Below, piece by piece: positions 62,586 through 64,000 of a stretch of DNA of 64,000 nt. This stretch comes from Prochlorococcus sp. AG-355-B23 (lineage in GTDB: Bacteria; Cyanobacteriota; Cyanobacteriia; PCC-6307; Cyanobiaceae). Every line of letters begins with the position of its first letter. The stretch's first letter is position 1. Location: positions 25 to 64,024 of the forward strand of contig QCDJ01000006.1 of assembly GCA_003280935.1 (NCBI GenBank), in the 5' to 3' direction. The position numbers and the translations under genes were made by a program. The notes under the pieces were generated by a model. It did no database searches, was not told the origin of the DNA, and saw only the letters and a program-made list of their open reading frames with translations.

Positions 62586-64000
62586 TTGCTTAATTTAGAG
62601 GAATATTTCCCCTTTCCACTAGATGATTTCCAATTAGAAGCAATTCGAGCTATTAATAGCGGAAATTCTGTTGTTTTAACGGCACCAACAGGTTCGGGTA
62701 AAACATTGATAGGTGAATTTGCTATACATAGAGGCTTATCTCATGAAAGTAGAGTTTTTTATACAACACCTTTAAAAGCACTATCAAATCAAAAGTTTAG
62801 AGATTTTGCTAATCAATATGGTAATAATAAAGTTGGTCTTTTAACTGGAGATATAAGTATAAATAGAGAAGCACCAATCTTAGTTATGACGACTGAGATT
62901 TTTAGGAACATGCTTTATGGCGAATTTGATGAGTTTGATGATCCCTTAGAGAATTTAGAATCTGTGATTCTTGATGAATGCCATTATATGAATGACCCCC
63001 AAAGAGGCACAGTTTGGGAAGAAACTATAATCCATTGCCCTATTAGAACTCAAATAATAGCTTTATCAGCAACAATAGCCAATGCAGATCAACTACAAAA
63101 TTGGATAGATAAAGTGCATGGGCCCACAGTACTAATTAATAGCGATAAGAGACCAGTCCCACTTGATTTTATTTTTTGTAGTGTTAAAGGCCTCCATCCA
63201 CTTTTAAATAATAAGGGTAATGGAATTCATCCAAACTGTAAGATTTGGAGAGCTCCTAAAGGTCAGAAAATTAGAGGAAAAGTGGGCAGGATAATGCAAC
63301 CAAAGTCTCCCTCAATTGGCTTTGTGATCTCTAAACTAGCTGAACGAAATATGTTGCCAGCTATTTATTTTATCTTTAGTAGAAGAGGATGTGACAAGGC
63401 TATTGAGAATATAAAAGACTTAACTTTAGTAAGTTATTCAGAAGCGAATATGATATCCCAAAAATTAGATGTTTATCTTAAAAATAATCAAGAGGCAATT
63501 AAAGATAAATCTCAATGTGAGGCATTAAAACGAGGCATTGCATCTCATCATGCTGGATTATTGCCTGCATGGAAAGAATTGGTTGAGGAATTATTTCAGC
63601 AAGGTTTGATAAAAGTTGTTTTTGCAACTGAAACTCTTGCAGCAGGAATTAATATGCCTGCAAGAACCACTGTTATTTCTTCTTTATCAAAAAGGACAGA
63701 AGATGGGCACAGATTATTATTTAGCAGTGAATTTTTGCAAATGTCAGGAAGAGCTGGAAGAAGAGGAAAAGATACCCAAGGATATGTTGTTACATTACAA
63801 ACAAGATTCGAAGGTGCCAAAGAAGCAAGTGCACTGGCTACTAGCAAACCAAATTCTTTAGAGAGTCAATTCACTCCTAGTTATGGAATGGTACTTAATC
63901 TTTTACAAAGTTATACTTTAGAAAAGTCTAAAGAATTAATTAAAAGAAGTTTTGGTAGTTTTTTATATTTAGGTGAATCTTCAGGTGAGAATATAATTCT
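62586..64000 (+). CDS. Ski2/HelY-like DExH-box RNA helicase (3'-truncated; not in ORF track)
   Basis: Manual translation from TTG 62586: MLNLEEYFPFPLDDFQLEAI...APTGSGKT...TTPLKALSNQK...LDECH...LSAT...HHAG...QMSGRAGRRG. The frame stays open to the window end. Confidence 0.95.
   Translation, partial: MLNLEEYFPFPLDDFQLEAIRAINSGNSVVLTAPTGSGKTLIGEFAIHRGLSHESRVFYTTPLKALSNQKFRDFANQYGNNKVGLLTGDISINREAPILVMTTEIFRNMLYGEFDEFDDPLENLESVILDECHYMNDPQRGTVWEETIIHCPIRTQIIALSATIANADQLQNWIDKVHGPTVLINSDKRPVPLDFIFCSVKGLHPLLNNKGNGIHPNCKIWRAPKGQKIRGKVGRIMQPKSPSIGFVISKLAERNMLPAIYFIFSRRGCDKAIENIKDLTLVSYSEANMISQKLDVYLKNNQEAIKDKSQCEALKRGIASHHAGLLPAWKELVEELFQQGLIKVVFATETLAAGINMPARTTVISSLSKRTEDGHRLLFSSEFLQMSGRAGRRGKDTQGYVVTLQTRFEGAKEASALATSKPNSLESQFTPSYGMVLNLLQSYTLEKSKELIKRSFGSFLYLGESSGENII

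Overview
This window is AT-rich core chromosome of a high-light Prochlorococcus-type marine picocyanobacterium. That assignment is inferred from gene content, synteny and the long PsaL. In order it holds: psaA (3' part)-psaB, a GT2 glycosyltransferase, psaI-psaL, an NlpC/P60 and a class-A beta-lactamase-like gene head to head, a degenerate serine resolvase with a small partner ORF, lipA, glsF, rpsL-rpsG-fusA-tuf-rpsJ, pheA, rne-rnhB, dapL, clpS, a radical SAM gene, two glycosyltransferases behind tRNA-Thr(CGT), rimP-nusA-ylxR-infB, an HtrA protease, rpiA, hisD, rpsT, tatD, rpoB-rpoC1-rpoC2, an hli gene, rlmN, a HEAT/DUF2997/ycf35/ferredoxin/aldo-keto reductase cluster, rsmG, bioF-bioK-bioC-bioD-bioA and the 5' part of a Ski2/HelY-like helicase. 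Five features missing from the ORF track were read by hand: psaI, the hli gene, a 48-aa membrane ORF, the tRNA and the helicase. I saw no CRISPR array, IS element or prophage. The best candidate for something undescribed is the resolvase: its nucleophile position holds Thr instead of Ser, yet the gene keeps an intact HTH, res-like inverted repeats upstream and a coupled acidic 70-aa ORF, which may indicate a domesticated DNA-binding regulator. All family assignments come from motif recognition; no database search was run.
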